From assembly GCA_900543825.1 (NCBI GenBank), contig UQSR01000003.1, forward strand, positions 825 to 64,824: a stretch of 64,000 nt of DNA, given 5' to 3'. The DNA is from an uncultured Mycoplasmatota bacterium (GTDB lineage: Bacteria; Bacillota_I; Bacilli_A; RF39; UBA660). Below, piece by piece: positions 35,976-45,046 of the stretch. Positions within the stretch are counted from its first letter, which is position 1, and each line of letters starts with the position of its first letter. The notes under the pieces were generated by a model. The model was not told the origin of the DNA. It was given only the letters and a program-made list of their open reading frames with translations, and searched no databases. Both the position numbers and the translations under genes were made by a program.

Positions 35976-37097
35976 CTATTTTAAACTAAGTTTATCATAT
36001 ACTTTATCAAATATCTCATTAAATTTACGTGCCTCATCTTCAGTATTCTTACAAGATAAACTAATTCTAATACTAGAAGAAGCAATATCATTATCATGAT
36101 ATATAGAATTAATAGCATTAGATAAAGAAGAAGTAGAACAAGCACTTTTAGTAGATAAATAAATACCTTCTTCTTCCATAGCATGAATAAAAGTTTCAGG
36201 CTTAATTCCATTCAAACTAAAATTAATTATATAAGGAATACTATTTATAGTACTATTAATATGTATATCATCATATTTATTTAAATTATCTTTAATAATA
36301 TTATTAATTTTACTAACATATTCATAATTACTATCAACATTAGGAATAACAAGTTCCAAAGCCTTCATTAAACTACATATCAAAGGTAAAGCCGGTGTAC
36401 CACTACGAAAATCAGTAGTACTCTTTCCACCATGTATTAAATTATCAATAACAATATTATCCCTTTTTATAAGCAATCCAATACCCTTCATACCAAATAT
36501 CTTATGAGCAGACATACTCATAAAATCCATATCATTAAAATCAATATTAACCTTACCAATAGCCTGTGTAGCATCAACATGAAAATAACATTTAGGATAT
36601 TCTCTTACTATTCTGCTTATCCCTTTAATATCTTGCTTAATACCAAGTTCACTATCGACCATAGCAATAGATACCAAAATAGTATTATCATTAATAAGTC
36701 TCTTCAAATCATCCATATCTATCATACCATCAGACTTAACCTTAACATAATCAATAACAAAGCCTTTCTTTTCTAAATATTTACATGTCTCAATAATAGA
36801 AGAATGCTCTAAATAACTAGTAATAATATGATTACCCCTATTTTTATATTTAGAAGCAACCCCTTTAAAAACAGTATTATTAGATTCACTAGCACCAGAA
36901 GTATAGATTATTTCACTAGGCTTTACTTTTAAAAGTTTACTTATCCTATCAGTAGCATAATTTTCAAGTTCTTTAGATTTAATACCTAAAGAATGTAGAG
37001 AATTAGAATTACCAGGATAATCCTTACAAACCTTATTAAAAGTATCAAGTACCCTATCATCTACAAAAGTAGTAGCACTATTATCAAAATATATCAT
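35976..37097 (-). CDS. Cysteine desulfurase (class V aminotransferase, NifS/IscS-like)
   Basis: It has HVDATQA, the PLP-Lys motif SAHKIFGMKGIG and the catalytic-loop motif STKSACS. Confidence 0.85.
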   Translation of the reverse strand: MIYFDNSATTFVDDRVLDTFNKVCKDYPGNSNSLHSLGIKSKELENYATDRISKLLKVKPSEIIYTSGASESNNTVFKGVASKYKNRGNHIITSYLEHSSIIETCKYLEKKGFVIDYVKVKSDGMIDMDDLKRLINDNTILVSIAMVDSELGIKQDIKGISRIVREYPKCYFHVDATQAIGKVNIDFNDMDFMSMSAHKIFGMKGIGLLIKRDNIVIDNLIHGGKSTTDFRSGTPALPLICSLMKALELVIPNVDSNYEYVSKINNIIKDNLNKYDDIHINSTINSIPYIINFSLNGIKPETFIHAMEEEGIYLSTKSACSTSSLSNAINSIYHDNDIASSSIRISLSCKNTEDEARKFNEIFDKVYDKLSLK

Positions 37098-37206
37098 AGT
37101 ATCCCTTCTTTCTTTAAATATTCTATCACATCATTCATAAATATACAATAATAAACCTATTGCTTTATTCTAAGTAATATATTATTATATTTATGGTGAT
37201 TCATTT

Positions 37207-37983
37207 ATGAACGAAGATAACTTAATCAAATACTATAATAAATTTAATGAAGACAAAAGACTAACTAGAAGGCATGGTATCGTTGAATATACCACTTCTA
37301 TGAAATATATTCACAAATATTTAAAAAAAATAGATAACCCTAAAATAATTGATATTGGAGCAGGTACAGGTAAATACTCATGTACTTTATACGATGAAGG
37401 ATATGATATTACCGCAGTAGAATTAATAAAACACAATCTAATGACTCTTAAAAAAAAGAATAATAATATAAAAGCCTATCAAGGTAATGCCACTGATCTA
37501 TCAATATTCAAAGACAATACTTTTGATGTTGCCATATTATTTGGACCTATGTATCACCTAATTAGTGAAGAAGAAAAAATAAAAGCCCTAAGTGAAGCTA
37601 AAAGAATAGTAAAAACAGGAGGTATTATCTTCATTAGTTATTATATGAATGAATACGCTATTATCACACACGGCTTTAGAGATAATAATATAATCTCATC
37701 TATAGAAAATAATCTTGTTGACAACAATTATCATATTACTCCTAAAAATAATGATTTATATAGCATGGTAAGATTAGAAGACATAAATAGATATAAAAAT
37801 AAACTCAATCTTAAAAGAATTAAAATACTAGCTCAAGATGGTCCTAGTGATTATCTTAGAAGTATTATAAATAAAATGGACGATAAAACTTTCTCTATTT
37901 ACCTCGATTATCATCTAAAAACTTGTGAAAGAAAAGAATTACTTGGAGCTTCTTCTCATGTTATGGATATTCTAAAAAAATAA
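37207..37983 (+). CDS. Class I SAM-dependent methyltransferase
   Basis: It has motif I IIDIGAGTGKYS and the post-I acidic residue in TAVEL. 258 aa. Confidence 0.8.
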   Translation: MNEDNLIKYYNKFNEDKRLTRRHGIVEYTTSMKYIHKYLKKIDNPKIIDIGAGTGKYSCTLYDEGYDITAVELIKHNLMTLKKKNNNIKAYQGNATDLSIFKDNTFDVAILFGPMYHLISEEEKIKALSEAKRIVKTGGIIFISYYMNEYAIITHGFRDNNIISSIENNLVDNNYHITPKNNDLYSMVRLEDINRYKNKLNLKRIKILAQDGPSDYLRSIINKMDDKTFSIYLDYHLKTCERKELLGASSHVMDILKK

Positions 37984-37984
37984 A

Positions 37985-38122
37985 TTAATTACTTTTATTT
38001 TCATCAATATATTGACTATTATTGTTTGTTATAACCTTATCTCCAAGTTTATTTTCAAGATCATCTTTTGCTATTTTGGCAGTATTACCACCCATTATAG
38101 CAATTTTTTTATTTTCTTCCAT
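37985..38122 (-). CDS. Unannotated 45-aa ORF (MEENKKIAIMGGNTAKIAKDDLENKLGDKVITNNNSQYIDENKSN)
   Basis: I translated this by hand; it is below the ORF-track length cutoff. An AAGGAGGT RBS (rc of 38128-38135) lies 5 nt before the ATG. Its stop codon is 1 nt from the convergent methyltransferase stop codon. Confidence 0.4.
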   Translation of the reverse strand: MEENKKIAIMGGNTAKIAKDDLENKLGDKVITNNNSQYIDENKSN

Positions 38123-38281
38123 ATAAGACCTCCTTTTTTTATCATACAAAAACAATAATTATATATAACCTTGCCACCCTTGCATAAAATGTTATATTTT
38201 GTTTTTACAGCGTCAACACATTTTAGCACATATGTTCGCTATAAAAGCTATTTTTTTATAAAAAGAAAAAAGCAAGTATTT

Positions 38282-39436
38282 CTACTTACTTACTGGTAAT
38301 ACTGATATACTTCTAGCAATATCTAACAATTCACTCTTAGATAACTTATCACTTACAACATAATACTCAATATTATTATCAATCCAATTAACCGAATTAT
38401 CATTTACAATTGCCACCGTAGAAGCCATAACCTCAAGTTCACCATAAGTTGGTACTATCAAATGCTCTTTTTCATAAGTAACAGTCTCCTCTATTAACAT
38501 AAAAGGATTATCCCCATCAAATGTTAATATAAGTCTCTCACCATCATCCTTGCTTACCTTTTCTTTATTAGATAAATATGTATTAGCAGGTATATACATT
38601 GGATAAATTACATCCTCAATAGAACTAGTTTGCTTAGTTTCATTACTTTTCTTATCCTCATTCTTATTCTCATTAGTATTCTTATTCTCATTTACATTAG
38701 TATTATTATTTTCAGTAGTACTATTATCTTCTACTTTATTATCAGTAGTATTCTTATTCTCATCACTATTGTTCTCTCTATTTGTAGTATTATCTGTATT
38801 ATCTTCTTTAATATCAATTATTTGTTTTAAATCAAAATAATTATCATTAAACTTACTATTTAAATCTATTTTATTAAATTTCATCGTAATTTGCGCAGTA
38901 CCATTATTATCAAAAACAGTTACCTTTTTAATATTATTACTCTTATCTAATAATATCTCTTGTTTTACCAATTTAGAATTATTTGGATAATTAGCGGCCA
39001 CAATAATCTTAGAACCATCATCAACCTTTTCAAATGTCCTATTTGCATCATTAGTAATATCATCTAATAAAGGTCCTAATAAATACACTTGTGAATTATT
39101 ATATGGCCAATCGCTTTGAAATTTAAAACTCTTATTAATTCTAGGAGTAACAACATATACACCATCAGAGTTACGCAAAATTATTTGTTCATGATTATTA
39201 ACTGTATTTACCAAACTAACCTTATAATTATCTTTTTCTTTATATGATACATTAACATTATAAGTATATACATCTTCATTATTAACAATTTCCAATGTTC
39301 CATCAACATAATAAGCTTTAGAATCATTAATTTTTTTAGTTAAATCCTTAATAACATCACTCTCACTATTTTTACCACAACCACTAATAGCAAATACACC
39401 AATTATCATTATCAAAAACAATAACTTTTTTTTCAT
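38282..39436 (-). CDS. Lipoprotein with a LolA-like/DUF4367-like fold prediction and an Asn/Thr/Glu-rich low-complexity linker
   Basis: It has the lipobox AISGCGK. An N-terminal beta-rich domain is followed by a ~60-aa N/T/E/K-rich linker and a C-terminal domain. Confidence 0.5.
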   Translation of the reverse strand: MKKKLLFLIMIIGVFAISGCGKNSESDVIKDLTKKINDSKAYYVDGTLEIVNNEDVYTYNVNVSYKEKDNYKVSLVNTVNNHEQIILRNSDGVYVVTPRINKSFKFQSDWPYNNSQVYLLGPLLDDITNDANRTFEKVDDGSKIIVAANYPNNSKLVKQEILLDKSNNIKKVTVFDNNGTAQITMKFNKIDLNSKFNDNYFDLKQIIDIKEDNTDNTTNRENNSDENKNTTDNKVEDNSTTENNNTNVNENKNTNENKNEDKKSNETKQTSSIEDVIYPMYIPANTYLSNKEKVSKDDGERLILTFDGDNPFMLIEETVTYEKEHLIVPTYGELEVMASTVAIVNDNSVNWIDNNIEYYVVSDKLSKSELLDIARSISVLPVSK

Positions 39437-39544
39437 TCTTCACCTTCCTTATTCTTTCTCTAAATTATATTAAATAAAATTTCTTATATGATGAATAATT
39501 TATAATTTTCTGCAGAAAATATTATAAAAAGGAGGATATTATTA

Positions 39545-39739
39545 ATGAACACATTATATAAAATAGCTCTAGTTATCAGTATAATAGGATGTATAAACTG
39601 GGGTTTAGTAGGTATTTTCAATTTCAATCTAGTAGAATACCTTTTCGGAGACGAAAGTATGTTAACAAGAATAGTATATATTCTAGTACTACTTTCAGGT
39701 CTAGTTAATATAGGTATACTTACTAAAGATTTAGATTAA
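39545..39739 (+). CDS. DUF378-family small membrane protein
   Basis: 64 aa with two TM helices. I recognise IGCINWGLVGIFNFNLVEYLFG as the DUF378 motif. An AAGGAGG RBS is present. Confidence 0.7.
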   Translation: MNTLYKIALVISIIGCINWGLVGIFNFNLVEYLFGDESMLTRIVYILVLLSGLVNIGILTKDLD

Positions 39740-39770
39740 TAGATCATTTACAGTGATCTATTTTTATTTT
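39738..39770 (+). terminator. Rho-independent terminator of the DUF378 gene
   Basis: The stem atagatca (39738-45) with tgatctat (39753-60) is followed by TTTTATTTTT. Confidence 0.7.
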
Positions 39771-39857
39771 TCACAGCAAATGTCAATTTTCCAATCTTTT
39801 ATCAATTATGTAGATTTTTTTACTTATTTATAGTATAATTTATATGGGAGGTATCCC

Positions 39858-40403
39858 ATGAGTTATAAAATTAACTTTAATAGTACTTACGCTAATAGAG
39901 GTATGGGACTTGAGAATGATATCAATGAAACAAATAAATACTATCTAACTTATGATATTGCTCTTATTTATAAAAAGCCAACCCCTATTAGAATAACAAA
40001 AACCAATTATAAGGATATGCGAATTACTGATGGATTTTTTGAAACTCAATCAACATTAGATTATAATGGCGTATATAAAGGTTATTATATCGAATTCGAT
40101 GCCAAAGAAACTAATAGTAGTACTAGTTTCCCAATCAGTAATATTCATGAGCATCAGCTAGCATATATTAGAAAAGTAATAAAGCATCAAGGAATTGTCT
40201 TTTTAATTGTCAGATTTAACAATTTACATAAAGATTTTATTATTCCAGGTAATAATTTAATAAATTATGTAGATAACACAGAAAGAAAATCTATTCCACT
40301 TGACTACTTTGAAAATAACTGCTACAAACTAGATATCAAATATGCTCCTAGACTTGACTATATAAAAATAGTTGATAAACTAATCAATGAGATAGAAAAA
40401 TGA
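39858..40403 (+). CDS. recU: Holliday junction resolvase RecU
   Basis: 181 aa. It has ANRGMGLENDIN and YIEFDAKET...HQ. It sits in the classic recU-ponA arrangement. Confidence 0.85.
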   Translation: MSYKINFNSTYANRGMGLENDINETNKYYLTYDIALIYKKPTPIRITKTNYKDMRITDGFFETQSTLDYNGVYKGYYIEFDAKETNSSTSFPISNIHEHQLAYIRKVIKHQGIVFLIVRFNNLHKDFIIPGNNLINYVDNTERKSIPLDYFENNCYKLDIKYAPRLDYIKIVDKLINEIEK

Positions 40404-43400
40404 TACTAATAATTATTATTATGTATATAACTATAACAGTATTAAGTATCATTACATTTGGTATAAAAGGTTCATTAGTACTATTAATTATCTCACCATT
40501 ACTAATTGTATATCTCAATTCAAATAGTATAAATATAAAAAAGAAGAATATTGAAAAAAGAAATTTTAGAGAAAGAAAGGAAGTTGAATTTGTGAGTTCT
40601 AGAGATAGAAAAAAAGCTATTTCTGATGGTACAAAGAAAAAAGTACCTAAGAAAAAAACTACTACAAAAAGCACTAATAGTAGTAGAAAGAAAGAAAATA
40701 ATAAAACCGAAAGGAAAAATAATATAATAGGAAAAGAAAAATTTAAAGATAAAAGTATAAGAGGAAAAATCTTAATTATCATTTTAGGATTTGCTATATT
40801 CTGTATTTTTGCAGCAGCCCTATTTATGCTATACATTGTTATAAGTAGTGGTTCTTTTGATCCAGAAGCACTAAAAAATCAAGATCAAACAGTAATATAT
40901 GATAAAGATAATAATGTTATAGCTACCTTAGGAGCTCAAAAAAGAGAATCTATTACTTTTGATGATTTACCTCAAGTACTAGTAGATGCTCTTGTGGCTA
41001 CTGAAGATTCAAGATTTTACCAGCACAATGGTGTTGATATGGCAAGATTTATAAAAGCAACACTTCTTAATCTTGTAGGTCGTGATGATGCCGGTGGAGC
41101 CTCTACTCTTACAATGCAAACAGTAAAAAATAATCTAACAAAAAAAGATACTGTTGAAACAAATAAAATAAAGAAAATAGTAAGAAAATTTCAAGATGTA
41201 TATTTATCAGTATTCTTTTTAGAGAAAAAATATACTAAAGATGAGATATTAGAAATGTATGTTAATGACAGTTGTTTAGGAGGAACAGTTTATGGTGTTG
41301 AAGAAGCCAGTAAATATTACTTTGGTAAAAATGTTTCCGAACTAAGTTTACCAGAGGCAGCACTATTAGCAGGTATGTATCAAGCTCCTAATAGGTATAA
41401 TCCATACAAAAATCCTGAAGCAGCAACAAAAAGAAGAGATACCGTACTAACATTAATGGTTAGACACGGATACATAACTGAAGAAGAAAAGAAAATGGCT
41501 GAAGATGTTAGCGTTGAAAGCATGTTAGCTGGCGGTGGTACTCAAAGTGATTATCAAGGTTACATTGATACCGTAATTGAAGAAGTAGAAAATAAAACAG
41601 GTAATAACCCAGCACAAGTATCAATGAAAATATATACAGCTATGGATAGAACAGTTCAAGATGGTATTAATAAAGTACTTAGTGGTGAAGATCACACTTG
41701 GGCTGATGATACAGTACAAGCAGGTGTTGCTGTTACTAATGTTAATGATGGTACAATCGTAGCAATCGGTGCAGGTCGTAATCGTAATGCCGGAGATTGG
41801 AATTACGCAACACAATCACGTAGACAACCAGGAAGTACCGCTAAACCAATATTTGATTATGGTCCAGGTATGGAATATAACGATTTCTCTACATATACCC
41901 TATTCAATGATGAACCATGGACTTATACAAATGGACCAGAAATAGGAAACTGGGATGGTAGTTATCAAGGATTAATTACACTAAGACAAGCACTTAGTGT
42001 ATCAAGAAACATACCAGCTCTTAAAGCTTTCCAACAAGTAGATAAAAAGAATATTGTTACCTTTGTTAATAATCTAGGATTAGATGTTGCATATAGTACA
42101 AAATCAGAAAACTATAAAAAAGATGAAAAAACAGGAGCAGATAACGTTATCAATGAAGCCTACTCCATCGGTGGTATGGCATATGGTGTTACACCACTAG
42201 ACATGGCCGAAGCATATGCATCATTTGCTAATGGAGGATATCATATTGAAACCCATGCTGTAACAAAAATAGAATATAGAAGTACTGGAGAAACAGTAGA
42301 TTTCTCTGAAGAAAAGAAAAAAGTTATGTCAGATTCAACAGCATATCTTATGAACAACGTATTAAAATACGCTGTTGATTATGGATTCAATGGTGGAGCA
42401 AAAGTAGCTGGATCTACAGTAGCAGCCAAAACAGGAACATCAAACTTATCGGAAGCCACAACAAAAGCCCTAGGAATTCCTAGTAGTGCCGTTAACGACT
42501 TATGGACTGTTGCCTACACACCAGAATACTCAGTAGCATTATGGTATGGATATGAAAAAGTCGATAGTAGTCACTATCTAAGTGGTGCTAGTGCTCCAAA
42601 AGATGCCGTTATGCGTTCAGTAATGAAATATATACCAAAAACAACAAAAGAATGGGAAATACCTTCATCAGTAGTGGCAACTACAGTTGAAAAAGAAACA
42701 TGGCCAGCACAACTACCAAGTGAATATACACCAAGTGATATGGTTATAACCGAATACTTTAAAAAAGGAACACAACCTACTGAAGTATCGCAAAGATATG
42801 CAAAACTAGATGAAGTAACTAACCTATCAAGTACTAAAACATCAGAAGGATATAAACTAACATGGAGCTGGAAAGAGCCAGATGTACTTAACTCAACTTA
42901 CCTAACAAAATATTTTAGCAACTCCGTATTTGGAAAAAGTTCTGCTAATTACTTACAAGCAAGACTTAACTATAATAGCAGTACTCTAGGAGGAAACGGA
43001 TTTGGTATCTATGTAAAATCACCTTCTGGAAACTTAGATAGAATTGCATTTACAGAAAAAACAGAATACATATACCACCCTACTACTAGTGGAAATATTG
43101 AAATAGTAGTAAAAGCCGAATATGGTAATTTCAAAGCAAATGCTAGTAATGGTGTTTCAACAACAATTAATAGTACAGGTGGTAGCGGTTCAAATAGTGA
43201 TAAATTAGAATTAACATTAAATGATAATACAACAAATTACAATAAAGGTTCTTACAATGATTCAGGAATAAAAGTAACATTTGAAGGTGAAGATGTAACA
43301 AATAGTTCACTAATTACATACAAATTAAATGGTACTACTAAACTTACAGTAAATGACTTAGAAGATGCTATCAATAATCTAGAATCTGGAGAAGAAGCCA

Positions 43401-43471
43401 CTATTACTTATAGTGTTGTATATAAACTAAAATATAAAAATAGTATTACAAAAACAATAAAAATAAATTAA
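40400..43471 (+). CDS. ponA: Class A penicillin-binding protein (PBP1A/1B; glycosyltransferase GT51 plus transpeptidase)
   Basis: The GT51 motifs are EDSRFYQHNGVD and GGASTLTMQ. The transpeptidase motifs are STAKP, SRN and KTGT. An alternative GTG start at 40592 is possible. Confidence 0.9.
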   Translation: MILIIIIMYITITVLSIITFGIKGSLVLLIISPLLIVYLNSNSINIKKKNIEKRNFRERKEVEFVSSRDRKKAISDGTKKKVPKKKTTTKSTNSSRKKENNKTERKNNIIGKEKFKDKSIRGKILIIILGFAIFCIFAAALFMLYIVISSGSFDPEALKNQDQTVIYDKDNNVIATLGAQKRESITFDDLPQVLVDALVATEDSRFYQHNGVDMARFIKATLLNLVGRDDAGGASTLTMQTVKNNLTKKDTVETNKIKKIVRKFQDVYLSVFFLEKKYTKDEILEMYVNDSCLGGTVYGVEEASKYYFGKNVSELSLPEAALLAGMYQAPNRYNPYKNPEAATKRRDTVLTLMVRHGYITEEEKKMAEDVSVESMLAGGGTQSDYQGYIDTVIEEVENKTGNNPAQVSMKIYTAMDRTVQDGINKVLSGEDHTWADDTVQAGVAVTNVNDGTIVAIGAGRNRNAGDWNYATQSRRQPGSTAKPIFDYGPGMEYNDFSTYTLFNDEPWTYTNGPEIGNWDGSYQGLITLRQALSVSRNIPALKAFQQVDKKNIVTFVNNLGLDVAYSTKSENYKKDEKTGADNVINEAYSIGGMAYGVTPLDMAEAYASFANGGYHIETHAVTKIEYRSTGETVDFSEEKKKVMSDSTAYLMNNVLKYAVDYGFNGGAKVAGSTVAAKTGTSNLSEATTKALGIPSSAVNDLWTVAYTPEYSVALWYGYEKVDSSHYLSGASAPKDAVMRSVMKYIPKTTKEWEIPSSVVATTVEKETWPAQLPSEYTPSDMVITEYFKKGTQPTEVSQRYAKLDEVTNLSSTKTSEGYKLTWSWKEPDVLNSTYLTKYFSNSVFGKSSANYLQARLNYNSSTLGGNGFGIYVKSPSGNLDRIAFTEKTEYIYHPTTSGNIEIVVKAEYGNFKANASNGVSTTINSTGGSGSNSDKLELTLNDNTTNYNKGSYNDSGIKVTFEGEDVTNSSLITYKLNGTTKLTVNDLEDAINNLESGEEATITYSVVYKLKYKNSITKTIKIN

Positions 43472-43475
43472 CAAA

Positions 43476-43499
43476 ATAGACTTGCAAATGCAAGTCTAT
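43476..43499. terminator. Bidirectional terminator between convergent ponA and the LtaS-family gene
   Basis: The 11-bp stem atagacttgca (43476-86) with tgcaagtctat (43489-99) is flanked by A-rich and T-rich runs. Confidence 0.6.
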
Positions 43500-45019
43500 T
43501 TCTTTTCTTTATCTTCATTTTTTCTAATATATTGATAATAATATGCTGAATTCTTTTTAAGCTCAGTATTAAGCTTATCAATACCCATTTCTTCAGCTAA
43601 AGTCTTAGAATCAGAAAACAAATTAGTACCAATACCAAGCCTATTACCCTCAATATTTACTCCCATAGCTCCAAGCGTAGTAGGAAACATATCCATCGTA
43701 GTAAATATCCTGTTCTTATTTCTTACATTATTATCATTATATACATTAATAAAAGTATTAAATACAGTTCTCTTATACCCATTATCCAACTTATAAAAAT
43801 TATTCTGCATAGTAGGATGATCACCAGTAATAATAATAGTCGTATTATCATAAAAATCTTGTTCCTTAACCCATGATATAAAATCACTAACCATTTTATC
43901 AGAACAATAGAAAGAATTAGCATAATGATTATCAAATACCTCTTCACAATCATCCTCCAAATAACCATCAGCAAAATGAGTATCAGCAGTTAATAAAGTC
44001 AAATTAAACGGTTCATCATCTTTAGATATCTCCATTAACTTCTCTTTAGCATAAGTAAATAACTTCTTATCTTCATAACCCCACCATTTATAATAATCAC
44101 TACTTATTTTACCTTCTTTAATAGCGGTATAATAATCACTTATCTCATAACCATGAGTACTAAAATAAGCCTTTCTACCACCAAACTCCGAATCAGAACC
44201 AATCATCAAATAATTATTATAACCATTATCTTTTAAAATATCACCTAAAGTAACAATATTACTAAATTTAGTACTATTACTATCATAGTCATCAACTTTC
44301 AACTTTAAAGGAACACCCGAAGTTTGTGCAATCATCGCCGCCACTGTCCAACTAGTACCATATGACTCCTCAGCACCACCAAGTAAATTAGTATTAGAAA
44401 AATTCAAATTATTCAAAGCCATATTTTCTAAATTAGGCATTATCGAAACATCAAATGTACCACCATTTGCTTTACTAACATTAGAAGTTTCAGTAGATTC
44501 CATAAAAATATATATCAAATTCCTCTTCTTATTAGGAAAATCTATCTTAACATCATCACCAGATACATAATAATCCTTAAATAAATCACTATTAACTAAA
44601 CCATTAAAAGCAAAACCAAAAAAACCAACACTTATTCCTAAACAAATTATAGATATTGCAAGAACTATTCTATTATATCTCTTAGTATTTTTTATCGGTA
44701 ATATTTGTTTTTCCTTCTTTTTACTATTTCTTATATATAACTTCTTATCAAAATCAATCGTAGGTAATAAAAATATCCCATATATTATTACAAAAACAAA
44801 GAAAGAAATAATATAACTAACAAACTTAACTGGTTGTCCACCTGCTCCAGAAATCTTAAGAACACTATACATATACTGATCAAAAGAAGAATTATATATA
44901 TTAACCTTCAAATATATAGATAATAATAATATAAGTGAAGCAATTATTAATAATATATTATCTTTAAATTTCCATTTTTTCATCTCACACCTCTTCTTAA
45001 CCATTATACTATATATCAA
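43496..45019 (-). CDS. LtaS/MdoB-family membrane phosphoglycerol-type transferase (sulfatase fold)
   Basis: 507 aa. N-terminal TM helices precede an extracellular domain with IFMESTE, GTSWTVAA and ITGDHP. Confidence 0.75.
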   Translation of the reverse strand: MIYSIMVKKRCEMKKWKFKDNILLIIASLILLLSIYLKVNIYNSSFDQYMYSVLKISGAGGQPVKFVSYIISFFVFVIIYGIFLLPTIDFDKKLYIRNSKKKEKQILPIKNTKRYNRIVLAISIICLGISVGFFGFAFNGLVNSDLFKDYYVSGDDVKIDFPNKKRNLIYIFMESTETSNVSKANGGTFDVSIMPNLENMALNNLNFSNTNLLGGAEESYGTSWTVAAMIAQTSGVPLKLKVDDYDSNSTKFSNIVTLGDILKDNGYNNYLMIGSDSEFGGRKAYFSTHGYEISDYYTAIKEGKISSDYYKWWGYEDKKLFTYAKEKLMEISKDDEPFNLTLLTADTHFADGYLEDDCEEVFDNHYANSFYCSDKMVSDFISWVKEQDFYDNTTIIITGDHPTMQNNFYKLDNGYKRTVFNTFINVYNDNNVRNKNRIFTTMDMFPTTLGAMGVNIEGNRLGIGTNLFSDSKTLAEEMGIDKLNTELKKNSAYYYQYIRKNEDKEKK

Positions 45020-45046
45020 ACAAAAATAAAAGATAGAAAATAAATT

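Noticed and set aside
38630-38830. Repetitive DNA (gtattcttattctcat-like units), considered as a tandem repeat or CRISPR-like array
   Set aside because: The repeats are imperfect, in frame, and encode the Asn/Thr/Glu/Lys-rich linker of the lipoprotein gene. There is no repeat-spacer periodicity.
40384-40836. 150-aa minus-strand ORF overlapping the recU end and the ponA 5' region
   Set aside because: It is antisense to the Lys-rich (AAA/AAG/GAA) N-terminal tail of PBP1A, which automatically yields a long Phe/Leu-rich open frame. It has no independent signals.
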